Below, piece by piece: positions 11,689-25,719 of a DNA stretch of 64,000 nt. How positions within the stretch are numbered: the stretch's first letter is position 1; each line of letters starts with the position of its first letter. The DNA lies in contig NC_043020.1 in NCBI RefSeq assembly GCF_006345805.1, positions 1,860,001-1,924,000 on the forward strand, given 5' to 3'. The DNA comes from Octopus sinensis. Taxonomy: Eukaryota. Made by a program: the position numbers and the translations under genes. The notes beneath the pieces are model-generated. The model was given only the letters and a program-made list of their open reading frames with translations. It did no database searches and was not told the origin of the DNA.

Positions 11689-12369
11689 TAAATTTCTCTA
11701 CCTCAGTAGAATCTTATTTGATTAGATACGCAATCGATTATCGTTGAGGAATTTTGGAATACGTCAGTCTATCCGAAACGTTCGTAAGCCGATTAAATAG
11801 TTCACAATTCTACAGTCTTTGTTTGTTTTTCCGCTATACTAAATTTATTTGGTGTTTCAGCATCGGATTTACAAACTGGACAGGCAGCGGAAAGTAATTT
11901 TACGGTCTGCATAGATCACAGTGGCTTTCGATGCAAAAGCTTCAATTTAGTTTGGTAAGTTTCTTCCTTACAGAGCGATTCTAATTTAATCCATCTTTTC
12001 CTTTGTTTTATATATACACATATATAAGCGTGTGTGTTTGTGAGTGTGTGAGAGAGAGAGAGAAAGAGAGAAAGTGGGCGAGAGAGAGAGGGTGTGTGAG
12101 AAGGCATGATTGTATGAGTGATTGTATGATGTATGATTGTATATATATGTGTTGCTTTTTGTATGATACATGGTATATAAGAATACTGCTTAATAACATT
12201 GAACTTGTACGGAGAGGGGGGGCGGAGAGAAAGACGAAGCGTGTGAGAGAGAGAGACAGACAACAGGCAGACAGACGGGAGTGGGGAAAGCGGGAGAGGG
12301 AGTTAAAGAATTGAATGAGACAAACACACACAGACATTACTCTCCTCCCCCCCCCCATAAAAAAACACT

Positions 12370-12376
12370 TGTACAT

Positions 12377-12429
<53 letters not shown>

Positions 12430-12705
12430 TGTAGCCGCACAAACATATATGAGTATTAGCCTTACATACTTTTCGAATGAAGTACACAGATCATATGAGA
12501 ATACACACACACATACTCTCATATATTGACACACGCACACACACACACACATACACACACTTACGCACACACACTTACATACACACACACACATGCACAC
12601 TCACACATACACGCACACACTTACACTCACACACACACTTACACACACACACACGCACTTACATACATGCACACACACACACAAATACACACACACACAC
12701 ACAAA
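12370..12705. repeat. Degenerate (CA)n tract
   Basis: Directly visible. Confidence 0.95.
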
Positions 12706-12849
12706 CAGACAGAAGCTAATTTCCTCTGCAAACCGCTTTGTCAATACTTCACTCTTTCACCTGGAAAGTTCCACAACTAAAAAAGACATCCAGTGCGGAA
12801 ATTGCTGTTGTCTATTCCATGAAGGAGTTTTTGGAAAAACCGTTGGAGA

Positions 12850-13024
12850 GAGAGGAATGTAGGAGAGAGGGGGAGAGGGAGAGAGAGAGAGGGGAAGGAA
12901 GAAAAAAGAAAGCAAGAGATGAAGAATGTACGGAAGAGAGGGGAAAAAAAAAGATGAAGAAAGCAATGAAAGAGGGAAAGAATGATAGATAGAAGAAAGG
13001 AAAGAAAACAAAAGATGAAGACAG

Positions 13025-13059
<35 letters not shown>

Positions 13060-13545
13060 AGAGAGAGAAAGAAAGAGAGAAAGAGAGAGAGAGAGAAAAG
13101 AAACCAGGAGATGAAGAATGTTAGAGCGAGAGGGAAAGATTGAAAGAAAGAAAGAACGAGAAAGATAAAGATGAAGAAAGCAAGGAAAGACACGAAGAAT
13201 GATTGAGAGAGAAAAGGAAAAAAAGAAAAAGACGAAGAAAGTAAGAAAGTGAGAGAGAGGGGGAGGGAGAGATAGAAAGAATGAAAGAAAAAGGAGTGAA
13301 ATAAAGAAAAAGAAGAGAACAAGAGCAAGCGAGAAAGAAAGAAAGAAACAAAGAAAGAAAGAAAAAGATAAAGAAGGAAGGACATGAAGAAGAAACGAAG
13401 AAATGAAAACGAGATGCAGAAAGAGAAATAAAAAGAAGAAAATATTTTTAAAAGAGAAAGGAAAGGAAAAGAAATAAAAATAAAAATAAAAGCAAAGAGA
13501 AGAAAAAGGAAATGAGAGGGGGAAAAAGAAAAAAGAAAAGCGAAG
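12850..13545. repeat. About 700-bp polypurine (GA/GAA/GAAA) low-complexity tract
   Basis: The plus strand is almost purely A/G. The 330-aa and 260-aa F/L/S-rich minus-strand ORFs are artefacts of this tract. Confidence 0.92.
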
Positions 13546-13964
13546 GTTAAGTAGCACATTTTTCATTTCATTGGTATTCATAGAAATGAATGTAGCGATA
13601 TAATGGATTCTAAATGTGGTACGTGGTTCTCGAGGAACAGGATACAGTGCACACGAAAACGGAGCGAATTCATAGGAATTGAAATTAAAAGATAAAAGTA
13701 CAAAAAAGTATAAATATAAATGGTAAAAAGAAGCGTAGAGTAAAAGCACATGCGTATTGTGTAAGGGTTGTGTGGTGAACTCCGTCCGATTCTACTGCCA
13801 GCCACCTATTTAGTTAATCAAGGCGGGTGAGTGTGATGATCACACATATAATTATTATTCAAGCCATGTTAGTTCGATCGAGCAAAAAGGTCAACAACCG
13901 GAACGAAAGTGATGATGTTGATGATGATGATGATGATGATAGCTATAATAGCAATAATAATAAG

Positions 13965-14355
13965 AGTTTCGAATTTTGACACAAGGGCAGCAATTTTGAG
14001 AGAGGGGATTAGTTGATTACATCGGCCCTAATGTTCAACTGGTACTTAATTTATCGACCCTGAAAGAATGAAAAGGCAAAGCTCACCTCGGCATAATTTG
14101 AACTCAGTACCGGGCGAAATACTGCTAAGCGTTTGGCCCCGGCGTGCTTACGATTCTGCCTGCTGGCCACCTTAAAGCAATAATAATAATAATGATCCTT
14201 TCTACAATAGGCACAAGGCCTGAAAATTTTGGGGTAAGGGACTAGTCGATTACATGGACCCCAGTACTTGACTGGTATTTATTTTATCGATTCCGATAGG
14301 ATAAAAAGCAAAGGCGACTTTAGCAGAATTTGAACTCAAAACATAAAGACGGAAT
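13965..14355 (-). mobile_element. Two adjacent degraded SINE family A copies with a variant tail (...GCCTTGTGCCTAT...)
   Basis: Both carry ATTTGAACTCA and TTTATCGA core remnants, at about 13965-14170 and 14195-14355. Confidence 0.75.
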
Positions 14356-14669
14356 ATTGTTATTATTCTTCAGTAGTTTTATTCTTATCAGGTGCTTTCA
14401 CTGCAATACCGAGCGCAGCTTTGTGTCCTGGCTATGCGCTGTGGTGCTCTGATTTTCACTGTATTGAAAGCGTTTTACGTAGGATGTGTGTAGTACCTAG
14501 CAGTGCTATTTTCTGTCAGTTATAAACAGAAAGTCCTGGTGTTTTGGTTATGCATTTGTCTGAATGCTTCTTTTTTTTTAATCTTATCTAATGCACCTGC
14601 TATTATAGTAATTGTTTCTGTTTTTAGGCTCCACATTCGAGTTACTTCTATTTCCAGATCTTTGTATTT

Positions 14670-14688
14670 TGAGATATTATTATTATTG

Positions 14689-14777
<89 letters not shown>

Positions 14778-14990
14778 TATTATTATTATCATTATTGTTG
14801 TTGTTGTTATTGTTGTTATTTTTTTTCTTCTTTCAAATTTGCTTCCATTTCTTGCCGAGTGTCTTCCCGACTCCTAGGGCAAAGAAACTCATAGAATACA
14901 TTGGTAGGCCATTAAACTAAACTCAATAGTTCGTTCATTATTTTTTTTTTAAAGTTTATTGTTCATTATTTTTTTTTAAGTTTATTATTA

Positions 14991-15055
<65 letters not shown>

Positions 15056-15070
15056 GTTATCATCATTATT
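14670..15070. repeat. (ATT)n microsatellite arrays
   Basis: Directly visible. Confidence 0.95.
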
Positions 15071-15179
15071 ATATTTGCTGCTGAATACATCGGACATGTT
15101 TTTGAACGCTCCAAGTAAGTTCAATTCAAACTATTTATTTACACCAGAATTGGTGTCCTTCGTCAATAATTATTTTATT

Positions 15180-15553
15180 CCGAGTTGGGAATAGAAACCC
15201 CAGGAACCTATCACTGGAGTTTTATGGTTGCGTAGCACCCCCGAGGTGCGATTTTTGTTTCCACCAAATAAATTCGGTGGGCGTTGAAATTTAAAGGAAT
15301 CAATACAACTCAACAAGATGGCGGAGCGCGTCTTGAAAGATTTGAGGAAAAACAAAACAAACCCTCCTCCTACCAATGAGGTAATAGATAAAGTCTTCCC
15401 TCCCCTTTCCTCTGTCACGGGTAACGATATAGGGGAAGGGGAAGAGGAGAACAACAAGACTGTCATGGTACAACAATAGTACCACGGACAGTAACAACAA
15501 TAGTAGGGGAAACACTAACAGTGGGAGAAATGGCAACAGCAACAGCCGCAGCT

Positions 15554-15598
<45 letters not shown>

Positions 15599-16830
15599 AG
15601 AGCAGCTACAACTACGAAAAAGAAAGCAACACCAGTGACAGTAGCGATGGCAACAACAATAACAACAACGAGAGCAAAAGTGACAACAGCAACAACAAAA
15701 CAAACACCAATAACATCGATAAGAACGATAACAAAGGCAGCAGCAGCGAAAACAGTGACAACCACAAAAACAACAACGAAAACAATACAAATAAAAATAC
15801 CAAACACCGATATACCGTAGACCTCAGAAATAGGGAGCAGATGTTCTCAAATGCATGGAAACTAATTAAACAAGAGAAAAATTGGGCAAATCTGACAATC
15901 CCATGAGAGGCAATTGAAGCAGTGGAGAAAAGAATGGTGCTTTTCAGATGCATCTCAGCAGGTACGAAAAGAGTGGTTTTGATGGACCGAATAGATACTG
16001 AGGTGACATCGAATACACAGCGAAGGACAACAATTACGGCACTATTTCGGTGCTGTTCAAGTCAGAAGCCTTCGGTTTGAAACAGTCAATGACCCCACCT
16101 CCACCCCGAAAAACCAGCAAAGTCATCATATGCCCTTCCTACATGGGGAAACGTACAGCCCGTGTCCGCATTTCTGGAATCACACCAGGACTAGATATTT
16201 GGTAGCTTCTGGGATGTGTAATCGTGGAGGGGACGGATACTGTCCCTATAGAGGCGATAACAACTGCCAGGGAGGACTGGTCCGGGGTTGATCTGGAAAT
16301 GCTTCTCTAGATCAGACCCGAAAATATAAAAAAATCCCGTACCTTTTCCGTTTCCAGAACGGGACGGTGATACATATAACGACTGAGGGCAAACGGCTTC
16401 ATTGTTTCACGCGTGGTGAAATGACTCACCTGACTGCTCGCTTCCCCCACGACCTCCATTGCTTCCTACACCGGGACCAGAATTACAAATTTCACCAGCA
16501 AAATCACTCTATGGGGGAAAGAAGGAAAGCTTTCCCACCCCTCTAGCAAGTGGAAGAAAGGTTATACTTTCAATGCTACAGCATCTTCTAGACCAAACTA
16601 TGAACCGGTCAGCTCTGAGCATGTGCCACTAGATTCAAGAAAAATAATTAAGAACGGTACTTGTCTTCGTGACTATGGTGAACGTGGGTTTGTGTCGTTT
16701 TCGCGAGTAGTCCTTGTAAGACTTTCTTTTCTTCCATTTTTGTATACACGATTTTATGTAAACCCACGCAGAGTCGTCCTGTATTGTCTTCGCTGTTTTA
16801 GTCAACTTTTATTTGTTTAATAAAGAAAAC
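15180..16830 (+). mobile_element. L1/Tx1-like element: 5'UTR, disrupted ORF1 (N/S-rich region, gag-like zinc knuckle) and a 3'UTR-like end with AATAAA
   Basis: ATG at 15318 (MAERVLKDLRKNKTNPPP...), frameshift near 15472 into an Asn/Ser-rich frame, then several stops. TEGKRLHCFTRGEMTHLTARFP at about 16380-16447 is a CX2CX4HX4C knuckle with two Cys each lost by a single substitution. No endonuclease or RT sequence is visible before AATAAA near 16820. Confidence 0.65.
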
Positions 16831-17607
16831 ACTGCTGTTGTTGTTGTTCCTATGGCATTCCTGACGTTAAACTTTTTTTCTTCAGCTCACGGAATTATTT
16901 GAATTCTAAAAGATTTTATTTGAAGGAATATTTTTTGTTTTGATTTGGAGTATTTTCAGCCAAGGAATCGAGAATTCTTAATGGCTTACACCATTACTTC
17001 AAAGTAGTCAGAAAGGTTTGTTTATTAAAAGTTAATTAAACCCAAAGATGTTCCTACATTTAAAATTTTAAATGTTCGTTCATTCTTCGTCTGAGATAAC
17101 GGTGGAAAATTTCGAGAATCATTACAGTTAGCGTCCCCACGATTTTCCGTAGATATATTCGAAATACGGTATCTAAAAATGACAAAATTTCATAAAAAAT
17201 AAATAACTTTTAAACAAGCAAAGAGAGGCACGTTCCAGAAAACACGACTATTGACAAACGCTAACCAACAACGAATGCAATAAATATTTTACTAGTACTG
17301 AGAATCTCAGAATAAAAAGATATTGTGGAACACATACACCGCGAAATCTGCATGTTTCCTTGGCGAATTTACTAATGAGAGACGAAAGGGAAGAAAAAGG
17401 AAAACGATATACATGCGTCTGTTTAAAAGTGGAACACCTGAAGATGGCTTCGGACAGTATATATTTTAGCTTTTACTTTTTACTTGTTTTCGCTCATTAG
17501 ACTGAAACTACGTTCAGGACCCACTTTGTAGGATGAATGAATCGAACCCAATGGGATTTTTTTAAAGGCAAGTACTTATTCTAATGGCCTTTTTTGCCGA
17601 ACACCTG

Positions 17608-17648
<41 letters not shown>

Positions 17649-17999
17649 GTTTAAATATATATAAACAGAATATACAAATATTACAGGCATCCCCCCACAT
17701 ACACACACTAAATAAACATAAATGCACATAGAGATATAAGCATGCGCAAATGAAGACATACAATAGAAATACAAAATGGCTGACGGTTAGTAAGGAGAGA
17801 CACAAATAAGAAAGAAGAAAACAAAGGACCACTGATGCGGTTACAGGAGTGTGACGAAAGAACTCTGGCCGAAATAAGATTAAGATTAATGTAAAAAATA
17901 AATAACACTGAAGCAAAATAACACCAAATATATAGTGCGTGTATTTTTATTGGCTAAACTGGCAAAATGACCATTCCGAAATATATATATTATATATAT

Positions 18000-18518
18000 A
18001 CTAGCAGTATCGCCCGGCGTTGCTCGGGTTTGTTAGGGAAATAACTATATAAGCATTTTTAGAGAGTTACTTCCCTTATAGATGCCAATTCGGGCTTTCT
18101 TAGCCATTTCTGTTTTGGTGTCTTCAAGCCATGAAGTCGTTGTTCTAAAAGAACGCTGGTCTCCTTGACAACGCATTACGACGTTGATTTGCTTACACTC
18201 CCTTCCCCACAGCTTCACGAGGGAGGGAAGAAGGGGGAGAAGCAAACACAGGTGCAGGTGTTTGAGCGTGGACGCCAACACCGCCGCCATCGACACACGA
18301 AAGATTATGCATTAAAATGGAATAAAAAATGATGTTAAATTATTTTTAAAATCGTAGACTCATCGTAGACGCGCGCTAATACTCAGACGGGCTCGATATT
18401 AATCACGACTATAAGATACCCGAATTTGGTTAAACTGCACCGCAAAATGTGGGAGGAGTTAGGAATCTAAATCGTAGGAGACAGACACTCACACAACTAC
18501 AGTTTTATATATATAGAT
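18000..18518 (+). mobile_element. Non-autonomous Helitron/Helentron-like element (HINE/Lep1-style ends)
   Basis: 5' end ACTAGCAGTATCGCCCGGCGTTGCTCGGG with a short hairpin; 3' end ACAGACA...CAGTTTTATATATATAGAT. It sits in a TA tract and has no ORF. The family assignment is from recalled end motifs. Confidence 0.55.
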
Positions 18519-18779
18519 ATATATATATATATACGTATGCATAGTTGTGTAAGGCAGGAAAAATGTGAGAATGTACAAAGCAAATTGCAAAGGGGGAAAA
18601 AGAGAATAAAGTCGCAGTTTTACCTGGTGTTTCTATATTTCGGGACGGGGAACTCGTCTTCAAGACATTCGGAAAAGCGGTAGTTGGAAAAGGTTGTTGC
18701 TCAGATGATCTGCTGCAACATGGCCGCAGTCAAATGACTGCAACAACTAAGCGAATAAAAGAATAAGCGATAAATATAT

Positions 18780-18812
18780 GTATATATGAATGTATATATA
18801 TACATACACACA

Positions 18813-18850
<38 letters not shown>

Positions 18851-19245
18851 TATATGCATATCATATATACGTAAACATACACAGACAAACACACCAACAC
18901 AAATACACAAGACACAGATTGATATTTATCCACGTTAAGATAGAACAATGCGTAATCTACTTTTGCCTTTACAGAGTTTTTCAAATTTGAATAGGTTTTC
19001 CTCGTTCTTTGGATATAAATATGCAACTGATTCATATATATACATACTTATGCACATATATATATGTACGTTAATGCACAATATATTCGTGCATATACAC
19101 ACACACTCATACACACGAACACAAGCTCACATACACACATAGACATATACAATTGTTATACTTATGTGTATTCATACAACATACAGGCACATACATACTT
19201 AATGTGGCATATGTATATATATATATATGTATATAAATATATATG

Positions 19246-19305
<60 letters not shown>

Positions 19306-19590
19306 ATATATATATATATAATAGAGAATACATTTATATATGCATATACATATATACAGAGAAAGGGAGAAAGAGTACATTTATATATACATGCATATAT
19401 ATTATATGAATATACATATATATATATATATATGAATGCATATATATATATTATATATATATATATATATTATATATATATACATATGCGTATATGTATA
19501 TTTATAATATGTAATGTATAATTATCATATATAATATATATATATATATATATGCATATATATATACGCTCGTGACTATATATTGTATAG

Positions 19591-19620
<30 letters not shown>
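18780..19620. repeat. Degenerate (TA)n/(CA)n region
   Basis: Directly visible; source of the YI-repeat ORFs. Confidence 0.95.
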
Positions 19621-19626
<6 letters not shown>

Positions 19627-20299
19627 ATTTGAAAAATGAGATAGCTGAACTCTGTGCATGCATAATAATTGAATTAAATTTATTCTGGATATCTTTATAT
19701 ATATTTTCGCATCGTTTATTTTTTCCTTTTTATTTATTTTGTTTGTTCCTTTATTCTTCTTATTCTTTTCCTTTTCCTTCCCAAATAGTTTATATCTGGA
19801 AATAAATGACAGATTCAATTGCAATTCTGAAAGTGTCGGGGAAACTCATTGCACAGCCCGTTGCACAGTCGAATTCTTATCTGTAGCCTAAGTATTGCTA
19901 GTGTGCTATGTGTTTTTTTTTCGTTCTTGTTTAGTGAGTGCGACTAGTGTTATGTATTTTCTTTTGTCTTTGACTTAGGTTTATCTTTATTTGGTTTTTT
20001 GTTTCATTATTTTATTTTTTTACTTTTATAGAAGCTGTGAATGAATGCACTGTTATAAGGTGTAGAGTTTATAGGATTTTATGGGGGGGAGGTGTTGAAG
20101 ACAGACTGGTAGAATGGGGTGGAGAGAAGACGTTGGAATGGTAGACGGGGAAACGGAGGGAGGGAGGGATGGAGAGAGAGAGAGAGAAAGGTGAGAAGGC
20201 GGAAGAAGAGCAACAGGAATAGTAATTAAAGGAATGTTTACATGAGAAGAGACAGGAGGAGAAGCGAAGGTGAAGAGGAGTAGGGAAGGAGAGGGAGAA

Positions 20300-20300
20300 C

Positions 20301-20334
<34 letters not shown>

Positions 20335-20500
20335 AAAGGAGGAAGAGGTAAATGAAGAGAAGTTGGAAGAGGTGGATATAATGATGATGATGATGATGAT
20401 GATGATAATGATGATGATGATGAAGAAGAAGAAGAAGTAGAAGAAGAAGAAGAAGAAGAAGAAGAAGAAGAAGAAGAAGAAGAAGAAGAAGAAGAAGAAG
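20300..20500. repeat. Compound trinucleotide microsatellite (AGT)n/(GAT)n/(GAA)n
   Basis: Directly visible. Confidence 0.95.
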
Positions 20501-21229
20501 AAATAGTCTCATCATTGCTTGCTTTATTACTGAATAGAATAACGATTGGCGTTATAAGATACTCGTGTCTATACAACGCAAGGATGCTTACTCAGTGTGT
20601 GACTAGAATATTTTTAGTATGTATTTGTTAATATGTCGATACACAGAAAAAATCTCAGCTTCTTTTTTATTGAACAAACTAAACAGGTGTAGCCAAATGT
20701 ATATCCATGCGTAGGCATTTTAACAATTGTTTAGTAAAGACATTCTAATCACTGACAGGGTCAACATGAAGACCACCATCCATACACACCACTGGACACT
20801 GATGTCCTCGAAAATCTACATAATAGTCGTTCTTCATAGCATATGCCAGTATTGGACAGAATTTACCACACCTAACTAACAATTCACACCTGACACCGAT
20901 TCCTTTCACTTCGCATGAGTTGTAAAGTGAACCATTCTACAGCATCCCGCTGGCCTCATTAAATATTAGCAGTTGGTTAAAATCGAATAATTCGAATCTT
21001 TTCTGTGTTTTTTTAACCCCTTTAACTGTTTGTTTTACGAAGGATCGCATATAGTAGGAGAAACTATGGGGACTAAAATCGTGAAATATTTGGCTTGGAA
21101 CGAATCGATATATCGATGGGGTTTTCTTTAGTTTGTTTACCCAAACATGCTGACGCACAAACATACATGCACATATGCATACATATGCTTAAATAAACAT
21201 ACATATACACCCGCACATATATATCAATA

Positions 21230-21262
<33 letters not shown>

Positions 21263-21264
21263 AC

Positions 21265-21311
<47 letters not shown>

Positions 21312-21318
21312 CATACAT

Positions 21319-21644
21319 GTGAGGACGCGTGGTTTAGTGTTTAGGGCATTCGGCTTATTATCGAAAGGTTGTCAGTTCGATTCCCGGAGACGCATTGTGT
21401 CCTTCAGCAAGACACTTTACTTCACGTTGCTCCAGTCCACTCAGCTGGCAAAAATGAGTAGTAGCAGTATTTCAAAAAAGGGCCAGTCTTGTCACACTGT
21501 GTCACGCTGAATCTCCTTGAAAACTACATTAAGGGTACGCGTGTCTGTGGAATGCTCAGCCACTAGTATGTTAATTTCTCGAGCAAGCTGTTCCGTTGAT
21601 CGTATCAGCTGGGACCCTCATCGTCGTACTGGACGGAGAGCTCC
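21319..21644 (+). mobile_element. tRNA-headed SINE family D (own head and core, family C tail)
   Basis: A box TGGTTTAGTG and B box AGTTCGATTCC; core TTGTGTCCTTCAGCAAGACACTTTACTTCACGTTGCTCCAGTCCACTCAGCTG; 3' half aligns to the family C tail. Confidence 0.8.
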
Positions 21645-21695
<51 letters not shown>

Positions 21696-22440
21696 ATTGA
21701 CTAAGGGTGTGATTAACACCCACATTGCTAGAAATAATAGCTAAAGTGCTCCAATGTTGAAAGTCATGGACAGGCATGATAATTCACATCTAATTTCATC
21801 TAGGAGTGATGGACATCGATGTTTCGCCATTTTTGTGGCTTATCAACATCACGTACTCGAATCGAATCGGAGGTGAACCATACCGACAGTCCACGATCGA
21901 TATGCATACAGTGTGAAAACAATGTGCTCGTATGCTCAGACAATGCATACATAAGAATAAATTCAGATATGAAACAGAAACAGCGTTTATGTTATAAACA
22001 TTATCGACCACGTATACGTAACGCACAACAGCAGTGTATTTGTTGGTTTGGCACAAATATTGTGATAATTACCAAAAGAGGAGACTTTCATATGGTAATT
22101 TGGTGCATTTAAAACGCATCATAGCTATCACTAGCGACAGTCAATCATCGCTACCAGGACTAAGGGATCAGATGATTTCGGCCTCGTTTGGCCTTGTCAA
22201 TAACAAATACCTCGCAGCTAGAAAAAGCAGTAAATGCGCTAACAGCGATATACTGGTTTGTCAGAGTCAAACCAGGCGTTGATGTCGCTAAAAGGCTTAT
22301 AAGAAAATAAATAGAGCGACAGTGATCGATTTTCACCGTTGCGGGGTCGATAAATTAAGTACCAGTTATGTACTGGGTGTTGATGCAATTGACTTACTCC
22401 CTACACTGAAATTGCCGCGCTTGTACCAAACAAGATTTCT

Positions 22441-22977
<537 letters not shown>

Positions 22978-23339
22978 TATCTTGATGTGTTAACGTAATG
23001 GAGTGCCGTGCTAGAGAACCACAGTGATCAAAACTCTACTGGCCCGAAAGATTTAATGAAACATATATATGTGTCTGTGTGTATGTGAATATATATATGT
23101 GTGCGTTTCGGTGTGTTTCTGAGTGAGTGTATATATATATATATATATATATAACCGTGTAATGATATCTAATAAACAAGTGAATTAACAGCAATATTAA
23201 TGCAGTCTTTATCTTTGCTACATCGTATATCACGGTACTGAAATGTGCGAAATGAAACGAGGAGAAAGAAGTTGGTGTCAATTATCCTTTAATTACTTTT
23301 TCACATTTTCTCACCTTCGTTTCCTGATTGGCCAATAAA

Positions 23340-23950
23340 TCACTTTGTAAATAACAGCAGCAACAACAGCAACAACAACAACAACAACAGCAACAACAAC
23401 AGCATCAGCAGTAATAACAATAACGACGAAGACGATTGCTACGGCGCTGACGACGGCGATGCTCACGACGACGGCAGCCGTAATAACAGTAACGACGAAG
23501 ACGATTGCGACGGCGGTGAGGATGGCGATGTTCACTCGCGACGACGGCAGCGGTAGCATCGTACCGGCGCTTTTCAATAGCTACAGTGACATCAATGAAT
23601 GCAGCAACTGTTGCGTCCACGATGGCGACTAGGCAACGACAGCCACAACAACAACAACAACAACAGCAACAACAACAATAACAGCAAGAACAACAAAGGC
23701 GATAACAAAAGCAATAACAACGACAAAAGGCAAACAAGCAGATCAATAGAGCTATCTCGCTGATGACGACACAAACCATAACAACAACAACAACATCAGG
23801 CACAACAACGACAATTACAGCAACATCAGGAAGGAAAGAACAGCCGCAGATTATACGATGACATAAAAAGCAACAACAAAAACAACACGAGTTGTAACAG
23901 TAGCAATAACAACACCAACACCACCACCACCACCACCAACAACAACAAGA
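23340..23950. repeat. Cryptic trinucleotide region (AAC/AGC/GAC) with a diverged tandem duplication of about 70 bp
   Basis: Units at 23411-23479 and 23480-23552 (GTAATAACA.TAACGACGAAGACGATTGC.ACGGCG...). Confidence 0.85.
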
Positions 23951-24370
23951 AATTAGTTGATGTGACGTCAAGAGGTCTCTTTCTCGCGATTCCTCTTTGT
24001 CTCTTTTCTCTCCTCCTTCCTCCTCCTCCTCTCCCTCACTCTATCTTCTCTCTAAGAACACAAAAACGAAGCCGGCTTTGACATTTTCAGCGTTCTACGT
24101 GTTATTGTTTTACACAGGAAGAATCTGCGTAAAGGAACCATGGACGGACCCTTTATCCGAGAGCTCGACATGCTAGAAATAGCAACAAAAGTCTCCTTCA
24201 AATCGCATGCTATAGACTTAAAGACACAAAGGACACACTTCATATTGTAGTTCTAAATATATTAAATCTGAATAAAACACGGGATTGTCACTGTTGAAAC
24301 AGCATTAAGTATAAGTCTACCTTGGACTAAACAACAACGAAGACCAAATGACTAGTCTGGTGTTGATTAG

Positions 24371-24788
24371 TCTTTACTCTCTTTTACTTGTTTCAGTCAT
24401 TTCACTGCGGCCATGCTGGAGCACCGCCTTTAGTCGAGCAAATCGACCCCCAGGACTTATTCTTTGTAAACCTAGTACTTATTCTATCGGTCGCTTTTGC
24501 CGAACAGCTAAGTTACGGGAACGTAAACACACCAGCATCGGTTGTCAAGCGATGTTGGGGGGGGGGACAAACACAGACACACAAACACACACCACACACA
24601 CACACACCACACACACACACACATATAGATATATATATATACGACCGGCTTCTTTCAGTTTCCGTCTACCAAATCCACTCACAAGGCGTTGGTCGGCCCG
24701 AGGCTATAGTAAAAGACACTTGCCTAAGCTGCCACGTAGTGGGAATGAACCCGGAACCATGTGGTTGTTAAGCACGCTACTTACCACA
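24371..24788 (-). mobile_element. SINE family B
   Basis: Family body and tail; head slightly truncated. Confidence 0.9.
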
Positions 24789-24839
24789 ATTCTAGAAGAT
24801 CTTAGTTGATATTACACGCTTATCAGAGTGTTGCTCTGG

Positions 24840-25225
24840 TAGAACTGTTAGTATGCCGGACGAAAAGCCTACCGTATTTCGACGTCGCTACGTTCTGAGT
24901 TCAGATTCCGCCGAGGTCGGATTTGCTTTTCATCTTTACGGGGTCGAGAAATTAAGTACCAGTAGAACAGGGGTGTCGATGTTATCGACTAGTTCCCTCC
25001 CCCAAAATTTCAGGCCTTGTGCCTATAGTAGAATGAATTATTACACGCTTATTAGAATGGCGAGCTGTCAGAATTATCAGTCTTTACGTTCTGAGTTCAG
25101 ATTCCGTTGAGGTCGACTTTTCCTTTTATCCTTTTGGGGTTGATAAAATAAATGCCAGTTGAATAATCGACGTGCATCCTCCTCCCAAATTGCTGGCCTT
25201 GTGCTAGAATTTGAAACCATTATTA
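24840..25225 (+). mobile_element. Two tandem SINE family A copies (variant tail)
   Basis: TACGTTCTGAGTTCAGATTCCG and GGGGT.GA.AAA core occur twice. Confidence 0.8.
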
Positions 25226-25234
25226 CTGCTTATT

Positions 25235-25608
25235 ATCTTTATTTTTGTCGTTTACTTGTAGCAGTCTTTGGACTGCGGCCATGCCGGGGCACCGCATTGA
25301 ATGGTTTTAGTCGAGCGAATCGACTCCACAGCTCAGTTTGTAAATTTGGTGCATATTCTGTTGGTCTGACTTGGTTATTGGGGCGCAGTTATCAAGCGGT
25401 AGAGGGGTCAGACACAAACATAAAGAAACACACTCACTCACTCACACACATACACACACACACACACATACACACACACAGACACAGACACACACACACA
25501 CAAAAGGCTTTTTTTAGAAGACACTTGCCGAAGGTGTCACGCAGTAAGACTGAACCCAGGACCATGTGGTTGGTAAGCAAGCCACTTACCACACAACCAC
25601 TCCTATGC
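25235..25608 (-). mobile_element. SINE family B, degraded
   Basis: Head (GAAGACACTTGCC...CCATGTGGTTGGTAAGCAAG) and tail remnants. Confidence 0.75.
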
Positions 25609-25719
25609 TTATTTGCAGAAAAAAATGGGTATTCTCTTATGACATTTTCTACAAATTCCTTCCAGATGATGTAGGTTACGAATGTATCAGAATTTGATAT
25701 GGAAAAAAGACAATGGTGG

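Noticed and set aside
12757-13749. 330-aa and 260-aa hydrophobic ORFs as membrane proteins
   Set aside because: They are the reverse complement of a GA/GAA polypurine tract; the F/L/S composition follows from the repeat.
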